DNA from: Styela clava
Lineage: Eukaryota
Length of the DNA: 64,000 bases
Direction: 5' to 3'
NCBI RefSeq assembly: GCF_964204865.1
Contig: NC_135251.1
Span: forward strand, 20,522,001-20,586,000
Below, one piece after another: positions 12,501 to 25,700 of this stretch. The translations under genes and the position numbers were made by a program. The notes below the pieces were generated by a model. The model ran no database searches, was not told where the DNA came from, and was given only the letters and a program-made list of their open reading frames with translations. Position 1 is the stretch's first letter, and each line of letters starts with the position of its first letter.

Positions 12501-13962
12501 TTACTCAAAGCCCATATATACCTCTTATACTTACTGACTTATAATCATTGTTTATTTAGCATACTCCCATACCAGTACTGCTATAGGGTAAATTAACTTT
12601 TAACCTGTTTGGACAAATCATCTTGGCAAATACATTAATGGAACACTATGCAGCTATCTGCTATGGTTTAACTTACTGACTTAACTGGAAATAATGCATG
12701 TCTGCATGTAAGGGAATGATTCTGTTGTTAAGTGTAAATGGTTTAATGTAGACTAGGTCTATATCGCTATTATTTCAGTATTTGTTATTTTTTCCTTATG
12801 TATTTGTACTACCATATTTGGGCCATTCCAAGCAAAAGTTGAATTCCATCAATTTTTTTAAGTCTAGTGAAAGTAATTTTTTGTATTTTTTTTAAATCAA
12901 ATGACATTGGAATTTTATTGAACTGCATTCCTTTCACCGAAAAAGTTGAAATTTCACCCAGGTTTTGATGGTTTTAAAAATGGCCTAAAATGTAGAAATT
13001 TTGGTATAATTGACATATTTTGTGATGATTCCTGTTTTGATTGTGTGATACAGTTATTTCATATGGTCTAAATGGACTCATTGAATTTAAGTTAATAAAG
13101 TTTAAATGGTTGCAGTGCTGTAGGACATTTCTTCACCCTTTTAACGATTTATTACCATAATTTTGAGAGATGATAGAGGCCGCTGTTCCGAAGTGGAAAA
13201 ATGTCCTGTGGTGTCACATACAATATCCACATTATTGGCATGGATTTACACTGTTACATTAGGGGAATTGAGCAACACATAGAGGGGTCCTTCAGCTACT
13301 GCACCAGAAAATATTATGGGCTCCTGCTGTACCAACGCAAAAATTTACAGCACAACATAATGTACTGTTAATGCATGGTGGATTTACCGTCCTGTAGTGT
13401 CACACTATATTTTACTATATTTTTTATATCCACTAAGAATGGGTGTGTCTCTTGGGTTGAACTTTTGTTGAATTTTTTTCCATATTCAATAAAGCAACTG
13501 ATTGGACAATGAAACAAAACATGTAGCTGAAAATGTAAAAATATATTGCATCTAACAACATGAAAATTTTCTGAAATTGTCCTGTAGTGTCTCTTGGAAT
13601 AGCCCATTTATGTAGCCTATTGCTTCATTAAAAATCATTGCTTTTTCATTAAATATCAGTTTATTATACTAACTCTTGGTCTGATTCTTATGCTCAGCTA
13701 TTTAATATGCAACTATTAAAAAAATATATGTGGACTATATATTTTGAATAATCTGCCCTTGTATGATAGTAATTATTGTCATTAGTGCCCAATTGCAGCA
13801 TTCAAAAAATGGACCTTTTCCATTTACTCCCACCCTGACTAATATCCATAATTCATTTCATTTTTTGTTTGATAATGCTGCAAATTTTTAGGATTTAGTC
13901 GATTAATGGTGAATGCATTGATAAAGATGAATGGGCCCCATAAAAAAAATAGTATCCAAATA

Positions 13963-14398
13963 TTGAGGCGCAGTTCTTACCACTTTATGGCAGCTCCTGC
14001 CACAAACGAACCGCGGCAGCTCTTGCAATGGTTTTATAGCGCTTTTCAGTAATCAGTATTAACGGTATATTCACAAATTAATGTACCAGATTTTAATTGA
14101 TCATGCGGAATTATATCTACTCAAACCCTAACCCCAAATCCATCAAAACTGTATCCATAAGAAAAACGTTCCAACTCACCCAATATTTTTCACCATAAGG
14201 GACAGCCCTTTCTTTACGACCCACCTGCCGTGGTTATGGCAGCAAAATTTTACCTGCCATTGGTTTTCAATTTGCTGCCGGGGTAACGGCAACCTGTCAT
14301 TGGTTTGTGGCAGCTAAAAAGTCAGTCGCCATAGGTTTGGCCGTAGCGGCCATGGTATGGAAAAACCGCCATGGTTTTGCGGAAGCTGCAGGCGCAAC
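13963..14398. mobile_element. Probable non-autonomous DNA element with degenerate termini and internal GGCAG/CTGCC repeats
   Basis: GC-rich patch with repeated TGGCAG/CTGCCA words, loosely inverted ends (GAGGCGCAGTTC.. / ..GAAGCTGCAGGCGCAAC) and an internal ACCCTAACCC. Confidence 0.4.
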
Positions 14399-14698
14399 AA
14401 AATACTTAAAACTGCACTTGCAAATATTAGTGGGGGTGGGTTCATTTTTTTCACATATTCACATTTTTTTTTTACTTTATGTCATCTGACATTATGTTTT
14501 AAATATTAAATTATTAATATTCATCCGTCCACCAAATGACAGAATTATGTGATAGATTATTCTTCAATATACTGATATACTTGCTCTGTATATCATCACC
14601 TTTTGCCCTATGATACAACTACAAGATATACATCTGACCAACTTACAGTTACAGTAATCACCAAATTGTTTTATCAATTACAGTATACAAATATTATC

Positions 14699-16298
14699 AT
14701 GGTTCGAGTATTAATTGTTGGGGCAGGTTTAACTGGTGCACTTTGTGCTCATATGTTACGAAGGCACCTTCCAACACAACTTCAATGTCAGATTGTTGTT
14801 TGGGAAAAATCTCGCGGAGTTGGTGGAAGAATGTCTTTGTCAAGACCATCTGAAATGGAAGACTGTTCTGCTGAACTTGGTGCCCAATATGTTGAACAGC
14901 ATACCAAGTATATTGAACAACATAAATATTTTTATAATGAATTATTGGAATCTGGAATACTGAAACCCCTTGAAGGCAAAATTGATGGTTTTCGTGAAGG
15001 GATAAGTGAGAATTTTACTTGTGGTGGCGGTTTAAATATGATGGCAAAACATTTTTTTGCCAAATCTTTGGTAGAAACCTGTTTTAACGTTAGACTGGAC
15101 AGTCTGAGACTTACTAGCGATGACCAAGAAGCAAGTTGGAATGTATGGGAGGCTGCAACAACCAGTGGAAAGCATGATCACTTTGATGCAGTTTTTCTGA
15201 CAATGCCTATACCCCAGATTTTAGGAATTGAAGGTATTACAGACAATTTGCAGAAGCAGCAAATTTCAGATCTTGAAGGGGCAAGTTATTCCTCCAGATT
15301 TGCAGTGGGGTTGTTCTATGAACCTGGTGCTTATAATATCGATCTCCCCTATGTTGCTAAATTTGTTGTCGATAATGAAGTTATCTGTTTCATATCTGTT
15401 GATCAAAAGAAAAGAGGAATCGAAAGGTGAGAGAAAATATGATTTCTGATTGCTTTTTCATGTGCTTATGCGGTGATGGATGTTGCCAAGAGTCTGCGAG
15501 TGATACAATTGTTTCTAAATTATGGATGACATGGCTTTTATTAATAAGTCCAAAAAACATCTTGTATGGAATATTTTAGTGTTTTTGTGGTGATATTCGA
15601 GTATTGAATTTGAATTGGCCATCCCTGTTTTTATGTGCGTAAATCACTAAATCAAACTATTTTTTTCAGAGATGTAGTTAACACATAAATTTATAAAGTC
15701 GGGGCCCAGTGATGAAATCTTTTTTATAACTTGGAAATGATTTCTGGAGTATGATTGGGTCTATTTTTCTAGTGCAATATTTATTTAAAATTTGCATTTC
15801 TCCCAAGGGATGCATTTTCTTGTCTTGCTTCATAAACAAGTCTTGTTTTTCATGCTACCTTTGATTATATTCAACTATCATGTAAACTTATTTTTTATGG
15901 TGTCATCCTTTTGTGCTTCAATTTTTTGTTAATCTTTTTAATACTAGCATTTATATTTTTGAAGGAAAACTCAATCTATTGTTGTTCATACTTCTGCACC
16001 ATTTGGAAAATCACATTTAGAAGAAGACGCTGAAAAAGTTGGCCCACTCATCATTGAGGAACTTAAAAAAATTATCCCTGATCTTCCAGAACCTACCTAT
16101 GTCAAATATCACAAATGGAGATATTCTCAAGTCACCAAAGCAACTGAATCTTCTTATGGATGCTTGGTACCAAGAAATAAACCTTTGCTGGTATTGGCAG
16201 GAGATGGTTTTACTCACTCTAACTTTGATGGATGTGTTCAATCTGCTATAGTTGTTGAAAAGGAAATTTCGAAATGGCTTTCAAGTAGTGTACTGTAA
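14699..16298 (+). CDS. RNLS: Renalase; exons 14699-15426 and 15965-16298 (~353 aa)
   Basis: FAD-binding VLIVGAGLTG, WEKSRGVGGRMS, LGAQY, TMPIPQIL, YSSRFAVGLFY. Exon 2 gives SIVVHTSAPFG, KWRYSQV, LAGDGFTHSNFDGCVQSA. The GT-AG intron is in frame. Confidence 0.94.
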
Positions 16299-16395
16299 CC
16301 TATTTACAAGCAAATTTACAATTACTTAATTAAGATAAAAAGTGCATTTCTGTGCTTTTTCCTTTACATGAAAGATACGGTATTCATGTACAGAC

Positions 16396-16608
16396 CAGTG
16401 GTTTTTTAATCGGGATTCCTCGGAAGTTGGCAGAACCCTAGTACAGCCCGGGGGTTACGCAAGTTCACATTACCTATTTGCAACTATTATTTTCTCCACT
16501 AAAGTTCATTTTGATTAACAGTATTTCGTTCGCTCTTATTATATTTATAGTTAATACAATTTAGACAATAAAAGACAGGGTTCCTCCAAGTTTAATAAAA
16601 ACCACAGG
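16396..16608. mobile_element. Degenerate hAT-type MITE in the RNLS-POLE3 spacer
   Basis: Ends CAGTGGTTTTT... / ...AAAAACCACAG, with internal GGGTTCC/GAACCC words. Confidence 0.45.
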
Positions 16609-16781
16609 CACAACCCTTTCTGGTTAGCTCTTCAAATATTTTGTGCACTTATTATGCTTTGCTGTTTCATGCTTTTATGTGACTTCACTAAAAACTTACC
16701 ATATCTTTCGTTAACTTAATAATGACTGATCACAAATTTTCCCATTTTCAGGGATATAGCGCTATAAATAATTTAACAAAA

Positions 16782-17174
16782 ATGGCTGAAAAACCAGAAG
16801 ATTTGAACCTTCCTAATGCAGTCATAGCGAGAATCATGAAAGAAGCTCTTCCTGAAGGAGTGATCGTTTCAAAAGAAGCAAGAGCAGCAATATCAAAAGC
16901 AGCCAGTGTTTTTGTTCTTTATTGTACTTCTTGTGCTAATAACTCTGCAATGCAACAAAAGCGTAAAACTTTGAAAGACATTGATGTCCTATCAGCAGTT
17001 GAAGAAATGGATTTTGAAGGCTTTATACCAAGCTTAAAACAAAGTCTTGATGCATTCAAGGCCGAACAGAAGGAAAAGAAAGAAGCATCTGAAAAAAGGA
17101 AAAAATTAATAAAAGAAGCTCAATCTGTAGATGTAGAGAATGAACCCGTGACTGAAACTGTTGTTGTTGAATAA
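16782..17174 (+). CDS. POLE3: DNA polymerase epsilon subunit 3 / CHRAC17 (histone fold), single coding exon (130 aa)
   Basis: [47 protein letters not shown]. Start taken at 16782, downstream of acceptor ttttcag (16751). Confidence 0.96.
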   Translation: MAEKPEDLNLPNAVIARIMKEALPEGVIVSKEARAAISKAASVFVLYCTSCANNSAMQQKRKTLKDIDVLSAVEEMDFEGFIPSLKQSLDAFKAEQKEKKEASEKRKKLIKEAQSVDVENEPVTETVVVE

Positions 17175-17948
17175 TTCTTTATTATAATAGTACTCAAATT
17201 TCTGGCGCATTAAACTTGATTCCAGTTATTCTCGGAGACTTGCAGACTTGAGTGAGATCTTGTTTTAGTTTCCAGCCATGTGGTGCGCCTGCAAACTCAT
17301 CAGAAAATCCCAATTCTACAACGTGAGAGTGCCTAGGAGAATAAAATTATATTCTGATTTAGTGACTGTGCATCCTGGTATCAATAACTAACAAATTAGT
17401 TTTTGTAGAATGACTCCCAATTGTAAACTACAAGTTCATTTATGTGATAAATGTACTATCTTGTTATTATACTTTGATTTTGTTTGTTTATAACAGGGAT
17501 GTCCGAATCCATTTTTCAAATTAATTATATTTAGTATTTCCAGTTCTCCAAAAATTATCGTTTGGGTATTGGAAGTCCTCAAACTTTTGATGTTTAAATA
17601 CTCTTTATCCTTACTATTGCGTACTTCCAAATTTTCTCCTAATGTGTTCTTCGTTGAACGTGACACAATTATGTATACATTTAATATTTGAAAAGATATT
17701 TTAATGTGTATTTGAAAAGTGAATTTTTCTGACCATCCTTGTTATGTTCGATCAAACTATATTATATTGGTAGTATGTATGTTGCAAACCTGCCCACCTT
17801 TCTCATTTCGTCACACTGCCCTGAAGCAATTATTGCACCTACTGCCTTTTTATCAATACCAGTAAATAATGTTGATCGATATACAATTTACTTGAAAAGT
17901 TTTTTTCTCACCTTTTTTAGATTATTTCATAGAGATTGTTCAAATATA

Positions 17949-19175
17949 ATGGAAGGTAAGATATACTTCAGATCTCGTTCTGGTATTCAATCTTTGAAAC
18001 ATGTAGCATATACCTCTGATGAAATCGGAGTTAAATATCATCAACAACTCTTAGGAACAAGACATCTTGCTATCAAGAAGAATGCTAAGCTCCAAAGAGA
18101 AAATCAAAGAAATAATAAAGATTGTCAAAGCGATGTACAAACTTTATATGAAATTTGCATGGCATTGATTGTCAATAATTTAGACCATGTAGATTCTTTC
18201 TATGGTTTGCCTTCATTGATTGGTGAACAGATATTTGATGAAGCTTTGGAGAGTGATCGATTTACCAACAAAGAATTTGATGTTACCAAACTTAGATTGA
18301 GTATTTTCATGGACGCATATGGTAATGAGATGTTTCAAAGACTGAATTTAAGTGGACAGACGATGTTCTTGGCACAACATATTGATGAAATTTCGCTATT
18401 TTTATCTTATCTTCACTCTGTGAGACTGTCAAACTGTGGCATCGGCGATTCACATGAAATTTTGTTTGAGTTGGGTAAATTACCACAGCTAGAGTGTCTG
18501 TGTCTTGATGGAAATGTAATTGGTGATATTGGTATCAATAATTTACTTCAATTACGCAGGAGAAATCAACAAGGTCTCAATAATCTACAATATTTAAACT
18601 TATCTGATAATAAGAAAATTAGTGCTTCATCTTTGTTTAATTTGGGTCTTTTACCATCTTTGGAGGCACTATTAATATCATCGAGTGTTAAAACTGTTAA
18701 AACCAGCAAGTTTGGAAAGTTTTCAATGCGATGCAAAAATGGTGCAAATCATATCAAAGGCCTCAATTTAAACAAATTTGGCAATAAGAATATTGAAGGA
18801 TGGGGATGTAAATTATTTGATAAATGGCTCTCAAATTTTGATATTGCTGAGAAAGAAAGACTTGTAAAGATGAAAAAAATGAAAGAAAATTTTAGTGGTT
18901 TTTACAAAACTATAAAAACGAATAATTGTCCTTTACAACATTCTGTTCAAACTACGTCAGTTATGAATGACAGGGAACCTTCAATTCTACTTTGTTTGTG
19001 TGAATATAGATCTTCCCCGAGACCATTAATAATTACCAAAAAGAGAAAATTTGTTATTGAAGATATTGCTAGTATAAATTTAGCGAAATCAAAAAGAGCT
19101 AAATTTGAAGAATTTGACAAACATCTATCAAACACTCCTACTGAAGATCAGGATCTGTTGAAACTCTATGGATAA
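17949..19175 (+). CDS. LRRC42: Leucine-rich repeat protein 42, single coding exon (~408 aa)
   Basis: NNLDHVDSFYGLPSLIGEQIF, FMDAYG, LSNCGIGDSHEIL, GLNNLQYLNLS and terminal DLLKLY resemble LRRC42. ATG follows the acceptor ttttttag at 17920. Confidence 0.82.
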   Translation: MEGKIYFRSRSGIQSLKHVAYTSDEIGVKYHQQLLGTRHLAIKKNAKLQRENQRNNKDCQSDVQTLYEICMALIVNNLDHVDSFYGLPSLIGEQIFDEALESDRFTNKEFDVTKLRLSIFMDAYGNEMFQRLNLSGQTMFLAQHIDEISLFLSYLHSVRLSNCGIGDSHEILFELGKLPQLECLCLDGNVIGDIGINNLLQLRRRNQQGLNNLQYLNLSDNKKISASSLFNLGLLPSLEALLISSSVKTVKTSKFGKFSMRCKNGANHIKGLNLNKFGNKNIEGWGCKLFDKWLSNFDIAEKERLVKMKKMKENFSGFYKTIKTNNCPLQHSVQTTSVMNDREPSILLCLCEYRSSPRPLIITKKRKFVIEDIASINLAKSKRAKFEEFDKHLSNTPTEDQDLLKLYG

Positions 19176-19769
19176 CATTTAGATTTCAGTGACTGTCAAA
19201 TACCCACTCTGCTTCTGTTCTGTCATCCTGATTATTTTTTACTCAGTCTCACCCGTTTACAGTCAGTGTACTTACTAGACAAAAAAAATTTGCTCAAAGT
19301 TTTTTGAACGAACCTGAGTTATATGAAATTCACTACCTCGTAGCTGTTTTCTTGATCATTTTGATTGACATGAATTACTTTGAGTCCTGCACCAATCGGT
19401 ATTCACCAGTGTCGCAGTGTGCCATTCTGCACTATAATTCCTCTTTTTGCTTTGAGATCCATTCCCTCTATTTCTAAGTGGGTTTGTGTAAACCTGGCTG
19501 AGCAAATTTCTCTGAAAAAAGGGACAATGATATGGATACGTACATCAAGAGATTAATTTATGTCAACCTTTGGTATTAGAAAATTCTTTCATTTTTTCCA
19601 GGCATATGGTGATGAGTGCTACTGAGTACACTGTTCATTCGTAAGCCCCACAATGGGGTTACTTCGCTTTTTGAATAGTTGCTTTTGTTTTGAATGAAAA
19701 TAATAACCATATAAGATATATGTTACAACAACAACATTTTTTAGATTTTTAATTTAGCTTCAATTAACG

Positions 19770-22700
19770 ATGGCACAAAGTACAGATACAAAAGTGAAAG
19801 CATTTTTCAAGTTACTTACTGAAGATCTCAGATTTGAGGATTCTGTCAAGATATCTTCAGCCAAAATACAACGATTGCTTGAGGTGAGAAATATAGATTA
19901 CGTTGAATTAATAGGAATGAAGCTCGTTTTTGTTTCCTTGGTATTAATTTCAGGGTCGGAGAAGCCGAGGCATTATGTTAAAGCAGGAACTGGAGCTAAT
20001 TGTACTATAATAGATAGAGAGCCTGAGCTACCAAATTTAATGATCTTAGCTAACGTAATTATTCATTCGTATCAATGATTTTCTTGTAATTCTACAAATA
20101 ATCGGATCTACCTTTTTTTTTCAAATTCATTTTCTAATATTAATTTCAAATTTAAATTTGCATATTTTAAGGTTTAATTTATATATATGATATCATCATT
20201 CCTATTCCGAGAATTTGCTTTTGGGCTGATGTACCATGGTAGTCGAGGTGGTCATGCCCAAACCACGATGGCTATAGAGATTCGAGGTTTGAAGTTTGAG
20301 CCACTGTTTGAATATACTGGAGCTGCAGCCATTGCGAGTTTAAACCAGTTCCCCAGCCCTGATTCATTTGTGTGACCTCTGGTCCTAAGATATACCGGTC
20401 AATGATGACCGGTATGACCGCTTAAATGATGATTCTTATTTCTTTTCTTAGAACCCGGCTACTGGACCTTTCCTGTCAGAGTTTATTCAAACTGTTACTA
20501 AAGATAATATACTTACACCGACGGAGCTAGAACAATATAATATAATCAAGACCCAAGGAAGGACAAAAGTTGGTGATGAATTGCAGAAAGCGATTAATCA
20601 ACATGAAGAATTAAACGCAGGTAGTTTACAGTTGATTTTACACTTTTTTTAGGTTGTGTTTTATATCTCCGTCACTGAAAGATTGGAAAAATTTACTTTG
20701 ATGCAGTATTTTTACAGAGGAATTTACGAAGCCGATGGGAAATTTGAATACATTTCGAAGTGGTTACATTCGAATAAAGGCAGTTAAGGATTGAAAAAAT
20801 AATTTAAAATATACTGAAATTTCTAATTTCGAAGTTAGATCGTAACAACTAGTGGTCCAGCCGGAAAACCTAGGTTTTCAAGCGTCTTGAGGGTCCAAAA
20901 GCCTTTCAAGCTCCGAAAAATTGCTATGTATGATATGAAAAAATGCCCCTTTTTAACATTCCAAAAAGGGGAGCTAAGTCCATGATTTTTTGTTGTATTT
21001 ATTCGATACTACAATCTCAGCAGACTCATTTTGTATTCAATTTAGCTTACATTGCTCAAAATAAGGAATTGGAGCTTAAAATGAAGAATGCCAGACTGAA
21101 GAAAAAGAGATTAGAATACGAGTTAGCACAAATGAATGAAATGAAAAAACAACAACAAAAACGCTTAGATGGAAATTTAAGTTTGAAGAAACAATCCGCT
21201 CAGACACTTCGAGATGACAAAAATGAAAATATATCAACCAGTGAGCAGGTACTTGTTAATTGTTCTTAATGTTTTTTAATAAAATGTAAATACTGTATTT
21301 AACAGACCATGGGGTGCACTGGGTTAAAAGGCGCACAGTTAATAAACTGCTTAGGTTGGGGTTTTGTTCATACTCAACAGTTATTGCAGAGTGTCGGTTT
21401 ACCATACAAAGCTCATTAAACAAAAAGCTCAATAATTTTCACAGTTATTGTATTTTGTTCAAAGAAAACGTAAAACGGCGATTTGTTTATTAAATGATAG
21501 TACACTTCACTAGTTTTAAGTGTGGGCAATGAAGCATTACCTGCTCCTTACACTGGCGCACTGGCTTATATGTCTCATGATCCATTTTTTTTGAAAAGAA
21601 TATTCAAAATGCGCCTTGCGGTCCGTAAAATACTGTAGTGAAACTAAAATTTATCACACACTGCTAAAATGATCTTATTTGTATAGTTATCTTCACTTAT
21701 CTTCTTACAGATTTCAGAAACAGTGAATAGTCTTGACGCTACTTTTCAAAGTTTATGTGGTATAGTTGAGGTAAGAATATGATATTCAATGTTTAGATTA
21801 TTAAATATCTTTTATGAATAATGGTAACCCAGCCGTCTCATGCCATGGACGTATTTGATGGTTTGCCTTAAGTTTGCGGGTCTCTTTCAAAATCAATTGA
21901 TATTTTTACGTACAAGTGGCATGAATAAAATAGTGTCAGACATCAATTCACTTGATTGAATAACACTATGAATAATTCTTTGAGGAAAATGACCCGTTCG
22001 TTCATGTAAATTAGATTTTGAGTTTATGAAATTGTCCTTGATTCGCCATCTTTCGCAGTGGCGAATGGCTAGTATTTTTTTTTTGCTATTTGGTTTTTAC
22101 ATTTTGCATACAAAGCTCTTATATTTCTCAAAATCCAACTGTGGGCCCCGAGGGGTCCATGGACCCCCATTGTTGGGAACCACTGTTCTATGGTATTTAG
22201 ATAAATGTTCACGTTTTCAGAAAGTTGATGGGAAAAGTTATCTTCTCTCACAAGTTGATTTGCAAGACTTGATAATTGCAGAAGAGAAATATAATTCTCA
22301 GCTGACAAACTTTGTGAAAAAACAATTTTTTGAGGTATGATGATGACGAGCACAGTAGTGGTAGTTTTTCTATTTTTATTGACATTGTGTACCATATTTT
22401 ATGAACCCTAAAGTGCACTTTGAATCATCTCAATCGTCTTGTAAGCTTGTGCCCTTAATGTTTAGATCAGGACATCAGGTAGTACTGTATGCTTCATTGC
22501 CTACAATACCTACAAGAAAATTCAGTACCAGTACCCGATGCACGTCATGTATGAATGAAAACCCAATCTAAGCAATTTGTTGACAGTGTGTCTTATGACC
22601 AGTGCGCACTATGGCCCGTGAAATAAAGTATTTACCACAGTGATTCAATGTTAGACGTAGCAAAATTTGAGAATAACCCAGAATTAGATAATTTAGATGA

Positions 22701-25700
22701 AAAGTTACCAAATATGTGAGTGTTGCTGCTCGTTAACCAGTATTGGTTTCTCATCCCTCCCTTCAAGCTAAAATACCATATTCAAAATCCTTCACTATTT
22801 TGTTTGCATAAAGTGTATTTTCTGTATGGTGAAAAAATTAAATACTGATTATCCAGAGATGCAACCAAATTTTAGAATAAATCAGAATAGATAATTTACA
22901 TACACATTACCACATTTTTTCAATCATTGTTTTACATCATTCATCAATTTTTGTCTGCATTTTTCAGATATTTGATTCCAATAATCATATTGTTTTATTT
23001 TTTATTTTTTGCTGCTGCACAATTTGGGTATTGTCAATTTATAGTTATTTATTTTAAGATATCACAAACAATTGCTGAAGATTTGAATGAACAAGAAAAT
23101 TGTCATAAACTTCATTCTCTCAATGATGAAAATTTATTTGCAAGTGAGAGTGAAGAAATTAAACATACAATTGCTAATGCAGTGAGAAGAGCAAGACATG
23201 GGTGAGAGGTGTTTTTCCCATATTGTTTTAATTAAAATTTTAAATTACATTACGAAATGATATTCTAATGAAAAATTGAATAAATGGAAATTAAATTGAT
23301 AGTCATTGTTTTAATTAAAATTTTAAATTACATTACGAAATGGTACTTTTACGAAAAATTGAATAAATGGAAATTAAATTACCGTAATAGTCATTGTTTT
23401 GATTAAAATTTAAAATTACATTCAGAAATGGTATTTTTACGAAAAATTGAATAAATGGAAATTAAATTAATAGTCATTGTTTTAATTAAAATTTGAAATT
23501 ACATTCAGAAATAGTATTTTTACGAAAAATTGAATAAATGGAAATTAAATTGATAGTCATTGTTTTAATTAAAATTTAAAATTACATTCAGAAATGGTAT
23601 TTTTACGAAAAATTGAATGAATGGAAATTAAATTGATAGTTAACTGAAAATGTATAAGCTTTTTGCTAACCAGGATATCTATTATCTACCCAATTCATTA
23701 CCCCCCTGGATGAAGTGGTGGGCATGGGATTTGAACCCAAGATTTTAACTTGCGACACCATTATGGTTAAGCCCAACGCTTTTACCACAAGGCCACCAAG
23801 CCCACTACAAGCAGATGATTGAACACAATGTATACAGTTTATTCGAATAAAAAACTCTATTTTGCATCTCTCGCAGATATCCGGATCGTGAAAAGAAATT
23901 AATATCTGTTCAAGCACAAGAATCAGCTGCTCAAACTGCACTGTCATTTCTTCATCAGAAACGAACTGAGATACAACAAAATCATCCTCAAATTACTGCT
24001 GAAGATCTTAGGTATGGTACCATCATATATAATTACAGTGGCTTTTGCTCCATTTCTAGATGTGGGACAAGTGTGCCCCAGAAATTTGTAATTTTCGATA
24101 TAGGAAATCCATTGATGAGACTGAGTAAAACAAAAGAAATAAAGTGACTTCTGCGCCATTTCTAGTTGTAGGACGACAAAAATGCTCTATAAATTTTCTA
24201 ATTTTCTTTATAGAGAATCCATTGATGAGACCGTGAGTAAAACAAAAGAAGTAAAGGAAGAAGTTCACAAGCTTTCTCATGTTCAAATTCCAAACCTAAT
24301 ATCGGAGGGAACTCCTTTACAAACCACTCATTTATTAACAGGAGATTATCGGAGAAAATGGATTCGACAACAATATTTCATAGAAAAACAGCAAAAGGTG
24401 AACTGCTATTAATTAGTCTATGGTTCGCTGCTTCAGTCAATGGGCTAACATTCTTAAATTTTTCTTCATTTAGAAGAAAAAGTATTTTTAGTGTCAATGT
24501 ATTTTCATACTTGCACGAGTTGCTTCTCACCTCCATAATTTAGTGAAATTGGGATATACATCATCTGATATCCAAATAACAGTTTAGGGCAAAGTTAGAA
24601 AATTACCAAGATTGTTTGATGTGGTCTTGTCTAAAAAATTAACTGAAAGGGATAGCGCGGGCAGACATATTTTGGACCTCCAGAAGTATGCGCACCAAGA
24701 TGGCGCACAACATGAACATAGTATGTGGGTGCCGGTTAGGATTCAGTTTGTGCGACATCTTGGTGCGCATACTTCTGGAGCACCCATTTTTTTATACAAC
24801 ATATATTCACGCCTTTGCTTTGAATGAGGCCCCAGCTGATACTGATATGTAATGAGCTATCATTACTTGGAAGCACCGGAATCTTTCTGGTTTGGCATTG
24901 CTTACCCAATTTATTACACCCTGATGGGGGTAGGGGCTATATGGGGCAGCTGCCCCAGGCAGCATGTTCTAGGGGGCAGCAAATCCATGCTGTAGAGTCT
25001 TTTGTGACTGATTGTGGTGATGATTACTCCCACTAATGTGATCTGGTCTGGTCATTGCATGATTTAGCGTAATAATACAAACATTTCACTCTTACTTGAC
25101 CTTTTATATCGCCTCGACCTTTTATAACTGCTAATCCATTGTTGACTAAAATAAGATGAACATAGTCTATATTTTCAAAATACTGAAATTTAATTGAACC
25201 TAAACAAAAGTTTTTAGGAAATATTTAGAATATATTACTAATACTGTACCCAACATATTTTATTCACTAAGCACTCAGCCTGTCGATTAAGTAAGAAGGA
25301 TCCATGTTTCATCCATGCATAGTTCAACATTGCTTTTCTATTATCTACACAGGTAATATCACTTTTACAACAACAGCAAGCTAGATTAGATCTACTTTGG
25401 AAATTATTGTTGGTTGAGGAAGTAGGACATGAGAAAACTGGAGAACAGGTTGATGTTGTTCTCAATCATTTGCAGGCTATGTTAAATGAAGGAATGGCTG
25501 AATCTGAATGGTATGAACATATGATACAAATATCCTTGCAATATTACTGATTTATAGCTTTAACTATTTGTTAACTGCTCTTAAATTGTTCTGTTTTTTC
25601 GAATTATTAATAGGTGATCCTTTGAGCTATATTAGGTCTCACTTATTTCCTCTATATTATAAATCATCATTGTCTCTATCAGTGGTAACTCGTAACATTT

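Noticed and set aside
13105-13595. Hidden small gene between the promoter and RNLS
   Set aside because: No coherent ORF. Repeated GTCCTGT(A/G)GTGTC words with an inverted copy suggest a decayed DNA element, too weak to define.
14603-17948. ORF-track N-terminal extensions of RNLS, POLE3 and LRRC42 (likewise FIG4 and JMJD8)
   Set aside because: They start at TTG or run through polypyrimidine acceptor sequence; homology begins at the downstream ATG.
23222-23640. CRISPR-like array
   Set aside because: No unique spacers, eukaryotic intron context and no cas genes; it is a simple tandem repeat.
23716-23806. Functional tRNA gene
   Set aside because: A and B boxes are present, but the acceptor and anticodon stems do not form a standard cloverleaf; treated as a SINE head.
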